DNA from: Mayamaea pseudoterrestris
Taxonomy: Eukaryota
Direction of reading: 5' to 3'
Length of the DNA stretch: 64,000 nucleotides
NCBI GenBank assembly: GCA_027923505.1
Contig: BROI01000015.1
Span: 496,001-560,000 of the forward strand
Shown: piece after piece, positions 21,391 through 33,773 of the stretch
Layout: every line of letters starts with the position of its first letter
How positions within the stretch are numbered: the stretch's first letter is position 1
Translations under genes and position numbers: made by a program
The notes under the pieces: model-generated
Seen by the model: the letters and a program-made list of their open reading frames with translations, nothing else
The model's database searches: none
What the model was told of the DNA's origin: nothing

Positions 21391-22994
21391 ATGCCGCCAA
21401 AGAAAAAGCAAACCGAAGAGGGCCCTGACCCTTTGATGCGTGCGGCTCGCTTTGGAAGGGTTAAAAATACATTGTCAATGGGTTTCGTTGGCTTGCCAAA
21501 CGTTGGAAAGTCTACCTTGACGTAAGTGTACATATCACTGTGGCCGGAGGTACTTGCTATGAAAAAAATACAAGAAATTGTCACGCATCGTCACATCGTC
21601 GCGTTATGCATCTAACGCCCTGCTCTCTTACCAATCTATATGTCGCCATTAGCAACTTGCTCGCAGGAGCTTTACACGCTGAAGCTGCCAACTATCCTTT
21701 TTGTACCATTGATCCAAATGTCGTGCAATGCATTGTTCCTGATCAAAAGTTTAAATACCTCGTCGAAACATTTAAGCCAAGCAGCATTGTTCCAGCCGTA
21801 TTAAAGGTGACTGACATTGCCGGCTTGATCAAGGGCGCCAGTGAAGGTGCTGGACTAGGAAACGCCTTTTTGAGTCACATAGCCGCCGTCGACGGCATCT
21901 TTCACTTGATTCGGGCGTTTGACTCGGATGAGGTGATTCATGTTGATGATTCCGTTGATCCTATTCGCGACTTGGAAACGATTCAGTCCGAACTTTGCAT
22001 GAAAGACAAGGAGACTTTGACCAAGACTGTGGAGAAGGAGAAGGAGCGTGTCCGTAAGGAAAAGGGGCTGGCTCGGGCCGCGGACCCTCCGCTGTCGGAA
22101 ACTTTCATGAGTGCCTACGAAACATGCAAACGGCTGATTGACAATAATACGCCGGTGCAAACGTGCGAAGAGTTTACCATGGCGGAAGTTGAAGTTATCA
22201 AAGACTGGGGATTGAGTAAGTTTCGTTGGAATTTTGGGTCGCCGGAGTTGCTGCGCATCTATCGCGTTTTCTGAACATCCCAGTCGCACCATTCTAACTC
22301 ATTTTGCTTGCATCCCCAGTCACCACCAAGCCAGTTATTTACGTTGTGAACCTTTCGAGCAAGAACTACATCCGCAAAGGCTCCAAGTGGTTGCCAAAGA
22401 TCAATGAATGGGTCAAGTCGCATGGTGGAGGTCAGATTATTCCCATTTCCTGCGACTTTGAGCAAACGCTATTTGACATGAAGGATGATCCTGAAGGACA
22501 AAAGGGTAGGTAAAGGTTGCGAATAATGGATATTGTCACTTAATTCCTGTTTGACTCTCACCTCCGTTCGCACCTCTATAACGATTCGCGCAGCGTATTT
22601 GGACCAGTGCACGGAGGAAGCCAAAGCAGCCGGACTCCAAGGCCCACAGGCAGAAGTCAAGTCCATTATCCCTCGCTTAATTCGCGCCGGAAGAGCCGCC
22701 CTATGTCTACAATCTTTCTATACGGCGGGGCCCAAGGAAGTGCGTGCCTGGACGATTATGCGTGGAACGGCAGCGCCACAGGCGGCTGGAGTCATTCACA
22801 CTGACTTTGAGCGAGGCTTTATTTGCGCGGAAGTGTGCAATTTCGACGATTTCAAAGCATTGCATGCCGGACAGGCAAGCATGGCAAAGGCCAAGGAAGG
22901 TGGCAAATATCGGCAAGAAGGTAAAGGCTACATCATGGCCGAAGGTGATATTTGCAATTTCCAATTTAACGTGACGACAGCCAAGAAGAAGTAA
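21391..22994 (+). CDS. OLA1: Obg-like ATPase 1 (OLA1/YchF), 4 exons
   Basis: [31 protein letters not shown] and [17 protein letters not shown]. Introns 21522-21652, 22216-22319 and 22506-22593. Confidence 0.96.
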
Positions 22995-23235
22995 ACTATA
23001 TAGCGTGCAGATTTAAGAAATATGCATAAGTCAAGGTTGCGATGTTAATTTTGTAAATCCTATCCGTTTTTTAGAATCAGGCTAGCTCGCACGACGAAAC
23101 GACGGACGATAAATCGGAAGCGACAGATGACGCAACTTAGATTTTGCGACTGCGTTCCTGCTCCCCAACAACGATATCACATTCCAGCAAACGCTCTTTC
23201 CGCCATTCATATAAAGTGAGGCATATAATAAGTCA

Positions 23236-23607
23236 TCAAATGAAGCAGCAGTTACAGTCGAATGGACAATCCTTAGTTTGACCCGACTTGTCTTTGTATA
23301 GTACGTGCGCCTTGAAAATCTTGACACCATCCTGCACGCGTCCTGTAAATCCTTCCGTGTTAAACTTGCCGCCCAATCCATCGTCTACCCAATCTTTTCC
23401 GTTCTTGACAGTTTGTTGCGGGGCATGTTTGCTTGTCGATTTAGAATGGGTAGATCGCTTCTTTGCTTTCTCCTCTTGTACTGCCTTTTCGGTTTGTTTC
23501 TTCTCCTTCTTGTCGGAAAATAAAGATTCTATTTCGTCCCAACCTCGCTTGCGGGACTTGTCGCCGCCTTTGGCTGCTTCTTGAGGTTGCGCCTGAGGTT
23601 TGGCCAT
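23236..23607 (-). CDS. DUF1764-like small protein
   Basis: DEIESLFS near the N-terminus and C-terminal DGVKIF...GQTKDCPFDCNCCF, the pattern typical of DUF1764. Confidence 0.8.
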   Translation of the reverse strand: MAKPQAQPQEAAKGGDKSRKRGWDEIESLFSDKKEKKQTEKAVQEEKAKKRSTHSKSTSKHAPQQTVKNGKDWVDDGLGGKFNTEGFTGRVQDGVKIFKAHVLYKDKSGQTKDCPFDCNCCFI

Positions 23608-24505
23608 GGTCGCGGTGGAATGGAAGAAGTGAAAATTGGATGGCTTGCTCCAAATGTCGCAGCGAGACAAGGGAGTAACGCTCCGACAATGACTTTGTAA
23701 ATGACCCACCACGATCCACCGCGCGGTCGGCTGCCAAAGTGGCCTGCGGATGGCACAGCACCACGAGGAGGCTTTTTCACTCAGTATTGCCATATTCGAG
23801 TGCTTCTGTGATCTTTGTCATCTCGCAGCGTCCCCTGCGAGCAACTAATGGGCTGCGGGTCTTCAACGGAAACAGGGAGGGTGAGTGTTGCGGTGCGTCG
23901 TTTGCGAGAATGTGACCAAGCCAACCTGTCACCGCTTTTGTTCTGATCGTTGATTCCGAAATGTCGTCTGGCAAGAAGGAGACCGTGGAATCGCTTGTCG
24001 CTATCCAGAATCTTATAAAATTTAACTTTCTTCTCTCTAGGATCTTTCACAAAAATTACCTCCAGGAACCGAATCATTCTTCCCAACACCGATTCTGACG
24101 CGCGACGTTGCAGCAGCCGAAGGAGCCAGTAGTCATAGCAACACTGGCGGTAAGCTTCACGAGACGACTCAAAAACCATCGAACACACCAAGCGCGAACT
24201 CCCTCAAGAAACCACCCCAGTCAGCCAAGGCTTCTCCTTCGACGTCTTCTATAAAGAAGAAAGAAGCTTACGTTCCACCTCAGCCGCCACCAACTGGAAT
24301 AGAGCAAGAGGTCGAATCTTCTTCTAATTCGTCGCCTTACTCGCCCAGTAAGAGCAAAAAGAAGGCATACGTTCCTCCATCGCCTCTACCTGCGGTTGAT
24401 CTTGAAAAGAATAGTGCGAAAACTCCCGCAAGTGGTCCAGCAGCAGTTTTACCGAAACAGTCTCATTCGTCGCCTCGGTCATTGACTCAAGCAGTAGAAG
24501 CCAAA

Positions 24506-26025
24506 ATGTCACAACCAAACGATAATTCTCACGTTGGCTCGGGTGATGAAGACGAAGGAAGCTTTAGTCATGACGATTTTTTGCTTTCGACGACCGAGGT
24601 TCCATCGGCTCAGCGTCCAGACGTTCTAGGAAGTGTTGCCGATTTGCTTGGAGATAACACTGACATTTTCGATATCATCGGGCAGGAGCATCGACCTGAT
24701 TTTTACCAAAGTAGCGAGGACAATAGTATAGATGATGACAATGTGAATCGTAGAAACACGGGCAAGGATAGCGCTGAAACGTCGCTTGATGATTTCATGC
24801 AGGAGGAAGTTGATGCTGGCATGCCGCAGGTCCAGATTGGTTTGCACGAAACGCCGCAGCCGAGTGCGAGCTCGGGCATGCGCTTTGATGAACTGTATCG
24901 CCTCAAGGGTGTCTTGGGTACGGGAGCGTTTTCGACGGTCCGGGAAGGATACCATCGATCGAATGTGAAACAGAGTTACGCTGTCAAGTGCATTAACCGC
25001 AAGAAGCTGTCGGAGGAAGATGAAGCGGCGCTTTTGGATGAGGTTTCAATTTTGAAGGAGCTACGGCATGCGCATATCATTCGGCTCTATGACTTTTTTG
25101 AGGAGCCGTCGACGTATTACTTGGTAATGGAACGCATGCGCGGCGGCGAGCTCTTTGATCGAATCGTCGCTAAGGCATATTACAACGAAAAGGAGGCTCG
25201 TGATACTTGCAAAATCATTCTTGAAGCCATTGGACATTGTCATGACAAGTGAGTGCTTTGTTCGGCTGGAGTGGTGCTGACTAGTGCGTTTCGTTCGTTG
25301 ACGTAATTTTGTGCTCAACAAACACCTCTCTTGCTTCCACTTCTAGTCACATCGCTCATCGTGACCTTAAGCCAGAGAATTTACTTCTGCTGACAGAGCA
25401 TGATGACACTTCTGTCAAGATTGCCGACTTTGGATTCGCCAAGAAGGTATACGAGCACAACTCGTTGACTACACAATGCGGAACTCCGGGCTATGTCAGT
25501 CCAGAAATTTTAGAAGGCACTCCCTACGATGAGCGAGCCGACATGTGGTCAGTTGGTGTCATTCTCTACATTTTACTGGGTGGCTATCCTCCCTTTATCG
25601 AGAGCACTCAACGCGACTTGTTCCGAAAGATTCGAAAGGGCGAATATGAGTTTCACGAAGAGTACTGGGGGACTGTTTCATCGGAAGCCAAGGAGTTGAT
25701 TTCAAGCCTCCTCACAGTCAACGTAAACAACAGGTTGACTGCCGACGAAGCACTGGAGAATCAGTGGATTTTGGGCGACGATGCCAAGCTTGCTCAACGA
25801 GATCTCGGAAGTAATCTGCAGAAATTTCGGAATTTTAACGCCAAACGCAAGTTTCGAGCAGCGGTGTCAACCGTCATGGCAATTAATAAACTCAATTCTC
25901 TTAAGGAAGCATTCTTTACGCCCGTGAAAGAGACAACTATGGAACTCATCGCAAAGGCTTTGGAATCGGAACATACTCGAGTCTCAACTGGACCTGGATC
26001 GGATGGTCCCTCTGACACTGGATGA
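24506..26025 (+). CDS. Ca2+/calmodulin-dependent protein kinase (CaMK family), 2 exons
   Basis: GTGAFS, AVK, HRDLKPEN, DFG, CGTPGYVSPE and CaM-binding FNAKRKFRAAV. Intron 25249-25346. Confidence 0.93.
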
Positions 26026-26333
26026 GACTATTGTAACTTTGTTGGATCTGGCTTGTAACACTGACACCATTACGACGATCCTAGATCATGTTATTAAATT
26101 GAAATTGTGTGTATGTCGCCTTACTAAACATCGGACAAGGCATTTACTCGGTATGTATACTGTCTGTAGACGACGCTACCAGCACCACAGCAAAAGACGC
26201 TTCAGCGCTGCATGTTGCTACCTATCGTTATTAGTTTATATGTCTGTTTCTAACCTATTGGTAATGTTTACAATTCATTTAGGCTGCATATACCCGAACA
26301 TTAACAGCATGCATGCAACAATCAGCTTAACAA

Positions 26334-27855
26334 TCATACAGGTTGGTGCTTCTTTCGAATGCTGTCAATGTACGCTCCGAGAATAGAAGTTGCAAGATGG
26401 ACGCTATGCTGATCCTTACTCTGGAAACTCGTTTCAGACGTATGCAAGGATGCATCATGAGCTGCCGACGCTGCTAAGATAGTCATGGCATCCACCTGGG
26501 CCTGAAACGAAGTTGGTTCAACAACGGTAGCCACAATGCGATCCACAAGCAAGGCCTGCGTATCTTCCGGCAGTGTCGACAGAGCATCATGGAGACGCTC
26601 CACAAGCTGAGGATCAGCACCAGGCGAGTGGCTTATTTGCGAAAGATGACGGGTTCCTGGGCTTTCCAACTGTGTAATCGGGTCATGCGAAGTTGCGGGA
26701 AAGAATGCACCCTCATCGCGGTCAGTAATGGCTGCGGGAGCCGGTGCTAACGGTAATGTTGACACCAGAATAGGCGCGGACGTCACTGGTAAAGGTTCCA
26801 ATTCATCATCCATGATGGGAATGTTTTGTGTGGGCGCAACGGATTCATACATGACTGTATCTGCGGCCATGGGAGGCTGCTCCAAGACGTACGACGACGG
26901 AGCCATGCCGCCCTGATTCATGCCACCTTGATTCATAGAGTGTACAAGCTGCGTGAGTCGTTCCACGTCGTCCGAAGCCGCGTCTAACTCCCGCTTGAGG
27001 CCAGTCACTTCGACCTTGAGCTTTTCGACTTCTTGCTTGTCCGCCGACTCTATCTGACTGGGTTTCTTGATTTCCGCCAAAAGGTCAGGTCGATTCCTTT
27101 GAAACTGCTCGTGGTAAAAGCGGGTCTCTTCGTTGCATGAGCAATCCTTTAAGCGAATCGGATCTGACCGCACCTGCGCGAAGCAACAACATAAAGAAAT
27201 CAGTCTGGTCGCTTTACACACCAAACGCGGGCGATAGGTAAGCTGTCGTACCTTCCTGAAGCTGTTCACAAAAGTTAAAAGCAAAAGTTGGATATAGGAT
27301 ATAGTCAACTACACCACCGAGCAGGCATTTCAAGAGTGCGGCGATCGTGATGCAGGTCGTTGTACCGACGAATGCGTGATTGCAAAACGACGCCTCGACA
27401 AGGCAGTCCTCTTGTTGTTCTTCTTATTCCCCAACAATATCATCGAGACTTACCCGTAAAAATTGAGTTGGCGCACAAATGAAGAGAAGTTGCTATGCTT
27501 GAAGAACTCAGGTATGACTACACTAGCGAACTTCTCCTTATCGTAAACAACAAAGCTGAGACCATCGTCCGACCTGGTGCGATAGCAAAGCGTTTAGCGA
27601 CGAGAAACACCCAATGCTTATCTACGCTTCCTCGCGAGGTAAAAGCTACGTACCAAGAGGCAATGTCCGGATTGCAAGTTGTAATCATGGTGAATGCTTT
27701 CTAAGAATAAGAAAAGATGTTGGGCCAACGTTGCAGCACGGTGTCGCTTCGTCAAGATATCCTGTCACAGTGGTCCATTTGATGGCCAACTCGTTGCTTA
27801 CCTTGAGAAACATTGGAGCATTCGTCGATGCGAGGGTACTGAGTATCGTCGTCAT
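26334..27855 (-). CDS. Heat shock transcription factor (HSF), 5 exons
   Basis: Spliced DBD: APMFLK/KAFTMI...[13 protein letters not shown]...[26 protein letters not shown]...[14 protein letters not shown]. Introns 27701-27801, 27574-27653, 27262-27453 and 27174-27251. Confidence 0.9.
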
Positions 27856-28416
27856 GGCAAGATGATGCACTTTACTTAGAGAGCACGCTGCCCAAGATTT
27901 TAGTGCGCGTTGTTGCCCGCTACTTTTGCCGGGTATATCCATTTATACTCCCGCATCTACTAAACCTGAGTTGGATCTTTTGCCGAATTCGAAGTGTCGC
28001 TGCTTTAATGGTTGGAAGGCAAGGGAACCCTCCCTCGCTGGCACGATGGTTCTCATGCTGAGCAAATCGCATTGCGCCGGCTTTGCTTGCCCACTACTTG
28101 TCGCACCGGGGCAAATGAGTCCTGGAGCGACACTCATGACCATCGCATCAATGAGCTGGATCATCCAAAAATGAGCTTCGGTCGAAAGGGTGCCAAGACA
28201 ATATAACGCAGTATCTACTGAATGTGACATAAACAAAGACTCTTTCTTTATAAATGACTCCTTGCGCTTGGCGCGCCTCTATTCGCCGGTTGTCTGGTCG
28301 CTTTAGTCGTTCAATATTCGACTGTCATTCTGTCATTCGTCATTCACACTTCACACCACGCAGCCACTCAGAATACAACCATCGCGACGTGTGATTCATT
28401 ACTCCGCATGAATTTC

Positions 28417-29658
28417 TTAAACTGATTGACAAGAAAATGGAAAGTAATCATTGATCATTTTCGACTCGATGCCTTGACGGAGAATGCTTGTCACATTTCC
28501 GTATAATTCTTCGCTGGTGGTCGGAATAGACTGCGCTGCAACAATATTGATGGTGTTTTGCACTGATACGCGAACGATTAGATTATACATGAGTCGTAAT
28601 GCAACAGTGGTGAACGCAGCAAACATTACTTTCTACGTACCAAGGCCGCAAACTGATGTGCCGTTCTCAACGTCACGATTCGACGAGCAAGCTGAGGCAT
28701 TAATATGACGAGTTACACGGTGCAAATGGTGAGCACGACATTACAATCAGGTCGCGCATGTTCCATGGGACTTACGAAAAGGAATGATACCGTTGACTTG
28801 ATGATGAATGGTGAATGGGCAAGCCAGTACCTCTTTGACTGCAGGTCGCCGAAGCATGGGATGAGATAGAGGCGGAGCAGTGCTGGGCTTTATGCCTGCA
28901 TCTTTCGGAGTATTAGCAAGACCTTGACCAGCGCTAATCGAATCGTTGTTGCATCCAAAATGCGCCTTTAACAAGGCTTCCGTCGCGCTCGACAAACATG
29001 TACTCATTGTTTTGGATGATAGCTGTTGAGGATTATAGCGCACTGAAAAATCGAATCCAATCGCAGTCGATGTGAACGTGTACCACTGAATTTCTTCGCA
29101 AAAGCTTTCAAGTTGCGGGGTGGCCTCGAGCGACAGAGCTGGTCGAGGTGAAGTGCGGTCCTTGGCGCTTGAACCAATGGCGACGCTGTAGAAGATTTGC
29201 TCAAACACGCTCGGCAGCTGCGCGAATGAGTCAAAGGCCAGTGCTCCATTGGAAACCAAAGAAAGGAATCGAACGAAGTCGGACCGAGTCAAGGTAGCTT
29301 TGTCGCTTGATGCCTCTTCCAGCTCATGATAACACTGGAGGTACTTTGCACTTGTCAAAATGCCGCCTCCTTCGGCTGATGGAACAACGTTGCGGCTACC
29401 GCTCGTCTCGCTTTCAATCAAAGTGTCGCCATCATGATGACCTTGTGAGCCAGTAAGGGGTACGCTGTTTGCTTTGACGCGACGATGTTGCTCGTTTTCA
29501 AAGACAGAAACTTGGAGGAGCTGTCGAATAGCCGTTCCATGGGGATGTCGAAGCGCTGGACTACTCGTCACGCAGTCAGTAAACACTAGCACGGCCATTA
29601 GCGCAGTCCAATGGCTGATGGCTCGAAAATTTGGGCTGTAGCTGCCTTGGACTGTCAT
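28417..29658 (-). CDS. Secreted or membrane protein of unknown function, probably 3 exons
   Basis: 303-aa ORF with an N-terminal signal-like segment and Cys pattern (CYHEL, FCEEI). GT-AG sites link it to a final exon VQNTINIV...YFPFSCQSV*. Confidence 0.65.
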
Positions 29659-29993
29659 GTTTATTCTTGGCTGAAAATGTGCGACCTACCACTTGGTGTT
29701 GCCGATAGATGATTTATTGGATTGTGTTCCTATTTGAATTTCAAAGTATCAATTTTTCACGAGTTCAAACAAAACAAGGCTGTGAGCCGAAGTGCACGTG
29801 GCGGAGAGTGTGCATGGACGCGTTGCGCACCAATGCCACCTATCAAGGGAATGTACATCCAAATTTTTCGTTTCAGAAGTGCGGGTGTAGCACACGATGG
29901 TATACACATGAAATGGTTAAACGTTTAACGCGACACCGCTTTTACTGTATATAAGACTAGCATGGCTAAATAACCACGGCTTACCAAAGTGCC

Positions 29994-30716
29994 TCAAGAG
30001 CTAGTCAAACCTTTCAGTGCCTCTGCCAAAGCTGCTGCGTCCGCTGCTTCCATTCCTTCCTCGAGTCCCTCCTCGGTAATGATTTCAACCAAATGGCGCT
30101 GGAGTTCTTCATCGTCCATTTGAAAATCGTCATCGCCCAAATCAGAGCCGGGAGCATCACTCCAAAAGCAACTCGCTCCCAAGTCCTGCTTGATATACTC
30201 TTCGTTTGCTTGTTCCATGACGGAGGCGTCGCAGAAACTGTCATTTTCGTCACTCGAATGACTGCTGAGGTCACTCTCCTTGTCCGAGTCATCCTCGCCT
30301 TCCCCAGCCTTTATAGAATTTGTTACTGCAGTAGGCGATGGAATCTCGGAAATCTCATCCTCGACAACGTTAATCTTGGTCCCATTCGTCAAATCTCTTT
30401 GTAGAAGTGACCGCCTTGATTGTGCAGCGCCCATCGTGCGCTTGCTCCGACTATGGGCCGACGTGTGCAGATCAAAATCAAGGTCTACTTTCGGACGACT
30501 CGTTCCATAGGCTAAAAAGGTTATGGGAAGAGTAATTCCATCTGGCAGCGACGGCCGACGTTGCTTTCTCGTGTCATCGGCATGGTGCGACAACGCCAAT
30601 CGTTCCTTGACGGCTCCCTCAGCACTCAGATTGGAGTTGTCTAGACTGCTGCGACGACGAGCGGGCGGCTTGCGATGGAAACTGACATCCAAGGTTGTTT
30701 CAAGTGGATGAGGCAT
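29994..30716 (-). CDS. Hypothetical acidic low-complexity protein
   Basis: Uninterrupted 240-aa ORF with RRxS phosphosite-like motifs (RRRSSL, RRPSL, RRSLL) and a D/E-rich C-terminus. Confidence 0.7.
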   Translation of the reverse strand: MPHPLETTLDVSFHRKPPARRRSSLDNSNLSAEGAVKERLALSHHADDTRKQRRPSLPDGITLPITFLAYGTSRPKVDLDFDLHTSAHSRSKRTMGAAQSRRSLLQRDLTNGTKINVVEDEISEIPSPTAVTNSIKAGEGEDDSDKESDLSSHSSDENDSFCDASVMEQANEEYIKQDLGASCFWSDAPGSDLGDDDFQMDDEELQRHLVEIITEEGLEEGMEAADAAALAEALKGLTSS

Positions 30717-30878
30717 TGCAATATACAATTGCACTCACGTAGTAGAGTTATCTTCATACGTTTGCCGGTGATCCGTACGTAGACGTCGTGAAAGAAGGAT
30801 GATCCGGACGCTTGTCGCGAGTCATCTAATACGGTCATTCTCAAGCGCTTTTCGCAAACGTTTGGGCAGTAATAACAA

Positions 30879-31189
30879 TGACGTAATTGACACTGGCACT
30901 CGTTTCGTTTTATTGCCCTGTGACGTAATTGACACTGGCACTCGTTTCACACTATTGACATATGACGCAGTTTTCACTGGCACCCGTTTCTACTATTGTC
31001 TCATGACGTAGTTCTCACTGGCACTCGTTTCATTGTATTGCCCTATGACGCAGTTTTCACTGGCACTCGTTTCGTACTATTGCCCTATGACGAAGTTTTT
31101 ACTGGCACTCGTTTCACATTATTGCCTCGTGACGTAGTTCTCACTGGCACCCGTTTCATACTATTGCCTCATGACGTGGTCTTGCTGGC
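30879..31189 (+). repeat. Tandem array A of a 42-bp unit (7 units plus a partial)
   Basis: Units start at 30879, 30921, 30963, 31004, 31046, 31088, 31130 and (partial) 31172. Consensus is approximately TGACGYAGTTTTCACTGGCACYCGTTTC-NNNNTATTGCCYYR. Confidence 0.97.
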
Positions 31190-31994
31190 TTGAAGCACCG
31201 CGATTCTGTACTACTTTCCTCGTCTGCCGCTCGAGCAATGTTAAGTTGTGATCCCGCACAATTGCTCCTCTTTTCATCTGTCGGAGCTAAACGTATACTA
31301 AATAATCACATGGGTACTTTCTTGGAGTCATACCGGAAGCGTACTGTACTCATTATTTGATATGATATGTACTCCTTTGCAAAGACACTTGCTTGGTTGC
31401 AGATCGCAGCCTACTATCATTGCAAGTTGAAGGCGGTCGACTGCATTTGATGCGACAATCTCGATATGATTCCTCAAACGCTCGATAATAATTTGGCATG
31501 CAAAAGAACAGATCTGAAAAATGGTGTCTGCGATAAGCAAAACTCTACTTGCGCAGACACATGTGGCTGCATTCATTTCGCTGGTCGAGTCGACCTGAGC
31601 CCGAACTCTTCCTGCAAGGCATTACGATGCACATGAGGAATGAAGGGCTCGCTAGAAGATTCATGGTCCGGCGCTACAGTTGGTGCCAATTTTGAGCTTG
31701 GCGCACCAGATACGCTGTCCGCAGTCGCATTTTCCCTTTTTTGGAGACGGTGGTTCGGCAAATGCTGGACTTCCTGACTAATGACTAATGGCGTGCTGTA
31801 AATTACCGGTAGCAATGAGCTGTGTCTACTTCTTTGGTTCTGATTTAATCCAACGGCTGCCACTCACTCACGGCGCACCTTGTTTCCCAACGGCCCAAAG
31901 GTGCACGAACTGATCTACCGTAAAGGTACAACCATACTGTGAGCGAACCACCGTCCGATAAAGTACATGCATTGCATCCATCAGAACTTACACA

Positions 31995-32558
31995 ATGGGA
32001 AATGATATTAGCTTTGCTCATGAATCTGGGCCGCACGCCTCCATTGCCGCAGCTGCAGTCGATCCTGTATTGAGCCGTCAGAATCAAGACCAACGCATCA
32101 ATGTGTCACAAGACCACAAGGCGTCAGCATCCGTTGCTACCGAAAAAATTCAAAATCTGCGAGCATCCTCCAAGAAACATCGAACACCACCGGTGGTGTC
32201 CGGCCAAGACGTTGCGCATCGCTTGCAGCCTCGCTACAAGCGCCACTTCGAGCCAGTGTATCGTTCCGACAGTCAAGTTGTCGCCTCCAAATCAGAGTTG
32301 ACACCGTCCAATGAGGCAACACTGATCCAAAAGCTCAAACACAATGCGTACCAAGCCATTCTGTTGCATGCCTCGGCAACGGGACGAAATGCCGTCCTCG
32401 ATCTTAGTTACAGCGTTTCGGTCGACGCGTGCGGCCCATCTGGAAAGGCCAGACGCGTACTTGTCACGGCACGAGGAACACCCACGGTCATTGTCCAAGA
32501 AATTCCTCTTTCGTCCCGCATGGCGCGTCAAGTCCCACTGCCATACATGGCTGTTTAA
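31995..32558 (+). CDS. YbjQ-like (heavy-metal-binding-like) domain protein, possibly N-myristoylated
   Basis: MGNDIS start. AYQAILLHASATGRNAVLDLSYS...VLVTARGTP resembles the YbjQ pattern A-x3-G-x-NAV...A-x-GT. Confidence 0.6.
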   Translation: MGNDISFAHESGPHASIAAAAVDPVLSRQNQDQRINVSQDHKASASVATEKIQNLRASSKKHRTPPVVSGQDVAHRLQPRYKRHFEPVYRSDSQVVASKSELTPSNEATLIQKLKHNAYQAILLHASATGRNAVLDLSYSVSVDACGPSGKARRVLVTARGTPTVIVQEIPLSSRMARQVPLPYMAV

Positions 32559-33773
32559 GCTAACGAGTCGGCGTCAAGGCGTCGCCGTGGTTTTTATAGT
32601 CGGAGAACAGAAATATTATAAATGCGTGCGTTGATGTTTCGTTTCCATCGATGCTACTGTGACATTCGTCAATGCTAGACACATGTACGGTAGCGTTTTT
32701 ATTTTTATTAAAGAGAGGCCAAGCTTCCGGCTGAAATTTTGCGGCGGGGAGCGGACAACTGCAATGGAGGGTTGACGAAAAGCAAGCTCGTGTTTCGTAA
32801 GAGAACTATCACACAACTTCGCAAGCCTTTTTATAACATGTTGAAAACAGGTCGCCACGCTTCCTCGTCATGTGCACCAATTGTCTTTGACGAAAGTGGC
32901 GCTGGCATGAGCTTTCTGCACGGGTGCATCTTAAACAAATGCATACAGCTAGTGCTTGATTAGCATGTGCATCGGTAGGTACGTATATACTGCACTTATC
33001 ATCCAACATAGGCGCTGTACTGCTTTCTCGCAAACAAGTGCGATGCAGCGCGCACACTAGGCCCAAATGCTGAAATACCATTTAATCTCGCACCGACTCC
33101 ATCATAGCAGCTTTAAATCCTCCAGTTGATTGTTCCATTAAAAGCCATTGGCCAAATTATATTCCATATTCCCAGCATCCGGCATCGTCGCCGTGCAATG
33201 AGGAACAGTGCATGAAAAAGTGAGCAATCTCAGCTCCCACCAACACTTAATTTCAGACTCGCAAGATGACTCCATCATAGCAGCTTCGCATACTGTAGCT
33301 GATTCATGGCCTGGCAGCAAATGATAGCCGATGATTGACCCGTTGAAAGCCATTGGTAATAAGTAGGACGTAGTATTATACATATTACAGTATGTTGTGG
33401 CTCATGTGCAATTTAGTGGCCAAGGATTGATACCTATGCACGACAAGGATTTTCGGAAATGTCAGAGTAACAAGTTCTGGTTATTTGCTATATAATCTGA
33501 GTACTTGGCAAAGTGCTTACAAGAGAAACCAGTCCATGGTGCATGGTTCATGGTCCATGGTAAAAGGTAGAAGCAGCGATACACAATTGAATCGTTGCGA
33601 TACACAGTTCAGGTGTCTTACTGGCAATGCAGAATTCATTCGCGTGGGCAGGCCGCGTCATTTATTTACGGTTATACGACGGTTTACTTGACATCTCGAC
33701 CATGGCAGCGGCAACACAAATCCGCAACAGTTGCAGCTCTATCATCATCTTTCGTTTCGTTTTCGCCTTCAAC

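Noticed and set aside
30879..31189. CRISPR array interpretation of the 42-bp repeats
   Set aside because: The variable parts are only 13-14 nt and are related to each other (shared TATTG). There are no cas genes and the context is a eukaryotic nucleus.
30799..31193. ORFs with (DAVFTGTRFxLLPx)n peptides, and the matching ORFs at 42863-43088
   Set aside because: They arise from the 42-bp period. A 41-bp unit breaks the frame, and the ORFs are short with no gene context.
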